A DNA stretch of 64,000 nt from the human T2T-CHM13v2.0 reference genome, Homo sapiens. Below, piece by piece: positions 59,515-64,000 of this stretch (within the stretch, counting starts at the first letter, position 1; every line of letters begins with the position of its first letter). The notes below the pieces were generated by a model that ran no database searches, had not been told where the DNA came from, and was given only the letters and a program-made list of their open reading frames with translations. The DNA lies in the NCBI RefSeq assembly GCF_009914755.1, contig NC_060930.1. One strand, given 5' to 3'. Both the position numbers and the translations under genes were made by a program.

Positions 59515-60455
59515 ATGATCAGTTATCTATTGATGTGTACTAAGTGAAGTGGCTTAAAACAAGAACCATTTTATTTACTCCCAATTCTGTGGTCAGTGAT
59601 CTGGACTGGGCTCTTCCTGGGGTCATTCATGTGGCTGCAGCCAGTGGCTTGACTGGGGCAGGATGGTTGATGTGAACTCACTCACATGTCTGGAGGTTGG
59701 TGCTGGCTGTTGGCTGGACTTTGATCCAGCAGGATAGCTTGGCCCTTTCACATGGCAGTCTCAGGGCAGCAAGAAAGTGAAAACAGAAGTTGCACAACAT
59801 CATTGCGGGTGTATTCTATTGGTCAAAGCCAGCGCAGATTCAAGAGGTAGGGAAATAGACGCCATCTCTTGGTGGGAGAAGCTGCAAAGGATTTGTGGCC
59901 ATTTGAAATCTACCAGGCTGTTCTGCAGAGCAAACCACTACAAAAACTTAGTGGCTTAAAACAATGGCAACATTTCTTTTGCTCAGGATTCTTCAATTTG
60001 GGCAGGATTTGGTGGGGGAAAGATCTCTCTACTCTGCCCAGCATCATCTGGGCTGGCTGAAAGGATGGGGGCTGAAATGATCTCAAACTCGCTATTCACA
60101 TATCTGGAGGCTGATGCTGGTTATGGGCTGAGACTTTGGGCTTTGTCTAAAACATGTGGTGTCTCCATACAGCCTGTGCTTTCTCCCAGCATGGTGACTG
60201 GGCTCTCCTGAAAGACAGACAGACAAACAGACAGACCCAGGCAGAGCTATGTGCCTTTTATGGCCTAGCTTCTAAAGTCGTGCAGTGTCACTTCTGCAAA
60301 AGCGTTCTATTGATGGAGGCAGTCACAAATCAGCCCCATTTCAAGAGGAGAGAAAACAGATGTACCTTTTGATGAGGAGTTGCCAGGTCATGGAAGAGCT
60401 AACATAGGACCAGAAATATTTCTGAGGTCCATATTGAAAAGTACAATCTACCTAC
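59515..60455 (-). mobile_element. Two adjacent MLT1 (F/G/H-like) LTRs
   Basis: Two successive agtggcttaaaacaa starts and MLT1-type ends. Confidence 0.7.
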
Positions 60456-61149
60456 CGTGCATTCATTGATTCTTCATTCATCCATTTATCAGGCTCCCAT
60501 GGTGCACTCGCTGTGTGCCAGGCACACAGTAGGGACCATTCTCACAGACTCTCTGCTTCCCAAAGACACTGAGCCACCATGCTACCCCAAGGGTGGGAAA
60601 CTGACAGCCTTTCTTTGGCAGGCAGGACCACTGCTAGGAGGTCCGTGTCTTCTCCACTGCTCCCCACACTGCTAGCATCTGATGAGGCCCCAAGGCAGAG
60701 GCCAATACGAATGACCATCATGCCCAAGAACAAAAAGTGAGAGCACATTTCGGCAAGCAGGATTCTAGTCAGGAACCAAGAAGGATTTTCCTAAGCAAAC
60801 ATTTGTTCTGAGGGGCATGCTCTCACTTGCTCTTGTCACTGTCCTCCCTTCCTGGGCTCAGTCAGGGAGAGGGGACATGAGGGGGCAGGTAGTCAAAGTG
60901 GACAGTGACTGACCTAAAAACATAATGTCACTGGTGCTTTTTGCATTTCAGTTTGGATGTATGTCTGGGCAGAGCAGGTGCTCACAAAGTTTGTTGGATT
61001 CGAATATCTAGACTTTCCTTATCCTCCCCCTAGACCATGAGGAACCTGAAGTCTGGGATCCTGGCATCTAACCCAGTGCTTTCAACATAGTATGTATTCA
61101 ATATGTTTATTGAATGAATGAATGAATGGTGTGAATGAGAAAAATTAAT

Positions 61150-61646
61150 AAGACTGCCAATTGCCCTCCTCCCCCAACCAATACCTGTTTCTCACCTTCT
61201 TTTATAGCAAAACAAAAATAATTTATAGCTGGACAGACAGCACCCTAGAATAGAATATGCATTTCCCAGCCTCCTTTGCAGCTAGGAGTGGCCATATAAC
61301 TAAGTTTTGGTCAATGAGATGTGGGCGATGTGTGGGATATTTAACTTCCGCATCATATTTTTACAAAAGAACCAGGCCCTCCCTTTACCTTTCCTCCTTC
61401 CCTCCAGTTGAAATGTGACATGGTGGTAAAACATCCTGGGCCATATGGACAAGAGAACACCCCAGGGATGTTGGGGCAACTAACTAGAAGTGTCCTGGGT
61501 CCCTGAGATCTTGGAGCTGACATCCCAGCCCTTGACTACTTACAGCCAGACTGTTACATAAGAGAGAACTACATTTATATTTAATTTAGCCACCGCTCTT
61601 TGGAGATCTCTGTTAGAGCATCTGAACCTCTATCCTAATCAGTACA
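61150..61646 (+). mobile_element. MaLR LTR (MLT1I/J-like)
   Basis: catttcccagcctcctttgcagctagg...tggtcaatgagatgt. Confidence 0.65.
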
Positions 61647-62516
61647 ACAAGAAGGTGAATACATGTGTGAGTGAATTCATGAGTAAGTGAATGGCCAATT
61701 AAGTGAATGTCTAAATTTTTGCTGTTATAGTGATAGCAAAAGACCACAATACTTCATTTATAAAGCTTTAACTGTATGACATTTGTGTACTCAACAGGAA
61801 GTGTGGAGGGGGGTGGTTTCAGGGTTGGTTTGACAGCAAATCACTCATCAAGAACCCCAGGCTCATTCCACCTTTTTGCTTCACCGTCTTCACAGTGTTG
61901 ATTTTTATTCTGGAGCTTGATGCATCATGGTCACAGGTCGGCTAGCACTGTTCCAGGCATGACAATGTCACACAGTCATGCCCATTGGGCAGGAAGCTGG
62001 GGGAGGGCCAGAGGGACAAGATAGGATTATCCTCCCGAGTCTCCTCATTGGTGCAACCAACAGTGGCTGCCACAGTGACTGAGTGAGTGAATGAATGAAC
62101 AAACCCCATGTAGGAAAAAATGCAACTACGTTCTCCCCAGCCCCGGTAGGAAGGAGAACTCCCAGAATTAGGTTCCAGGAAGGGAAAAGCAGACAGTGGA
62201 GAGAAAGGTGGTGCCCCTGGGGTGTAGAGGCAGGAAGGAGGCCAGAGCTTCTGGAGTCAGGATGAGGGACGGATCCAGGGTGCACAGGGCACCTGGGAGA
62301 AGGGCTGGGGTAACTCATGGGACAAAATAAGAGACAGAAATCTACCACGGCTTGAGGAAGATGCAGTTTCTGGAAAAAGGAACAGGACTCAGACAAGCCT
62401 AAGAACCTGGACAAAGCCTATGGGGACAGACAAAGGTGCTGTGTCCCACATGCAGGCAGCGACCCTGGGATTAAATGTGTGTTGCAGAAATCCATCTTTG
62501 CTAACCAAGAGATACA

Positions 62517-62570
62517 GACAAAACAAAACAAAACAAAACAAAAACAAAAAACAAAAACAAACAAACGAAA
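62517..62570. repeat. (CAAAA)n simple repeat
   Basis: Direct inspection. Confidence 0.9.
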
Positions 62571-64000
62571 ACCTGTTTGGGGCTATTGGTTCCTTATGCC
62601 TGATCTGATCCTTTACCCTAATAGCAAATAAAACACAGAACACTGGAAGTCAGGACTTTGAAGGCCCTATGGAAATAATTCAATCCTAACTCCTCCCATT
62701 TTGCAGGTGGCAAGATTGAGGCCCACAGATGAGAAGAAAATCCACGGCAGAGCTCGGACCAGAACCCAGACCCCAAGATCCCAGTCTCACCTCTCCCACT
62801 GGCATTACACCATTTCTCAAGACAGAGTCATAGCTTCATTGAGTGACTCAAGGGCAACACCCTGGGGTTTCTCAGTGCATTCTGGAACATTGAGGGGTGC
62901 AGAGCAGAGCTCCTGCCTCTGTTCTTCTGTGGCCTTTCCCCCAACATGGCCCAGGATACAGAGGGCTGGGAGGGGATAGTCCTCACTGCTTACTGGCTGA
63001 CAGTGAGTAAGCAAGCCTGGCAAAGTGCTGAGCTCCTGGTCACTGGCAGAATTCAAGCAAGGCTGGAAGGGTATTATAAGGAGGAATCCGGCCGGCCATT
63101 GGAGGGGGTGACTACAGCTTCCCTCCACTCCTTATTACCTTGGCAGCATCTCGAAACTGATTGGATTCTCACCAGCCAGGAAAGGCCAGACCCTGCTCAG
63201 GTCTGAGGGCCACAGACTTCAGTCATCTCTGCCAGCCCTGAAGCCTGTTCCCATGGAGACAGGTGAGTGAGAGAGACAAGAAGAAAGATGTGTGGAAACC
63301 TCCAAAGCTGTGGCCCTGTGCCAGACAGGCCCTGGGGGCAAGGTGTGGCCAAGGCTGACAGAAGAGGGGTAACAACTTCCTCAGAGTCGGGCCTGCTCAC
63401 CAAAGGATGGGGATCTGGACCCCACCTCCCTCCAGTCCAGAGGCCAGAAGTCACCCGGATGCCGCACACTCCCCAACCCCTCCAATGCCACTTCCACTGG
63501 AGCCCCCAGGGGAGTCCTGTCCTGAAGGAGGGTAGCGGCAGGGAGAGATTGGCCCATCCAGAACCTTCTCTGCTCTTCAAGTTTTAGACAAAAGCAAACA
63601 AACAAAAAACCCTCAAATTCCCACCCTAGGGAGAGTGGAAGTGGGACTTTCCGTCCCCCACCCCCGATCCTGTCCTTATCTCTGGACTCAGGATGAAGGG
63701 AGTGAAGGGACAGAATCCGCCCTTTGCCAACCTCCACCCTCACTCCTCCCTCCAGGACAGGGTGTCCAGGGCAAGGCCAGTGACTTCCTGGGAACCTTCT
63801 GGATGGACTGCGCCATGCCCACCACCAGGGTAGAGGGTCCTGGCTGGACAGGGCTTTTCTAATGCCTCTGGGGCTTCATGGACGGCAGGAGTCTCCCTCC
63901 AAGCCCCAATTCTAGCAGCCCCCAGCCCAGGTCCACCTACAGCCTCCTGCACCTTGCAGCCATCCTCCCTGGGGGCTAGCTCTGTCCTTCCTGACTTTGG

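Overview
Primate (most likely human) non-coding genomic DNA. It is dense in interspersed repeats: about 25 Alu/Alu-monomer copies, a 5'-truncated L1PA, older L1M and L2 fragments, MIRs, about 15 solo MaLR (MLT1/MST) LTRs and MER DNA-transposon relics. I can support no protein-coding gene. The ORFs in the track are Alu-, L1- or microsatellite-derived, or are chance GC-rich frames. The unique sequence holds a CpG-enriched promoter-like segment (~4.8-5.7 kb) and several repeat-free, TAAT-rich blocks that resemble conserved enhancers. The most striking structure is a 313-bp, ~99%-identical inverted repeat of non-transposon sequence (645-957 / 2141-2453). It flanks a 1,183-bp spacer containing an exon-like segment, so it is a candidate invertible/polymorphic cassette or long dsRNA stem. 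Other structure: a ~146-bp dispersed direct duplication 4.9 kb apart, an 87-bp tandem duplication, L2-derived ~40-bp minisatellites, a closely spaced inverted Alu pair and a nested Alu. Repeat subfamilies and boundaries of old elements are by-eye estimates, and the locus could not be identified.
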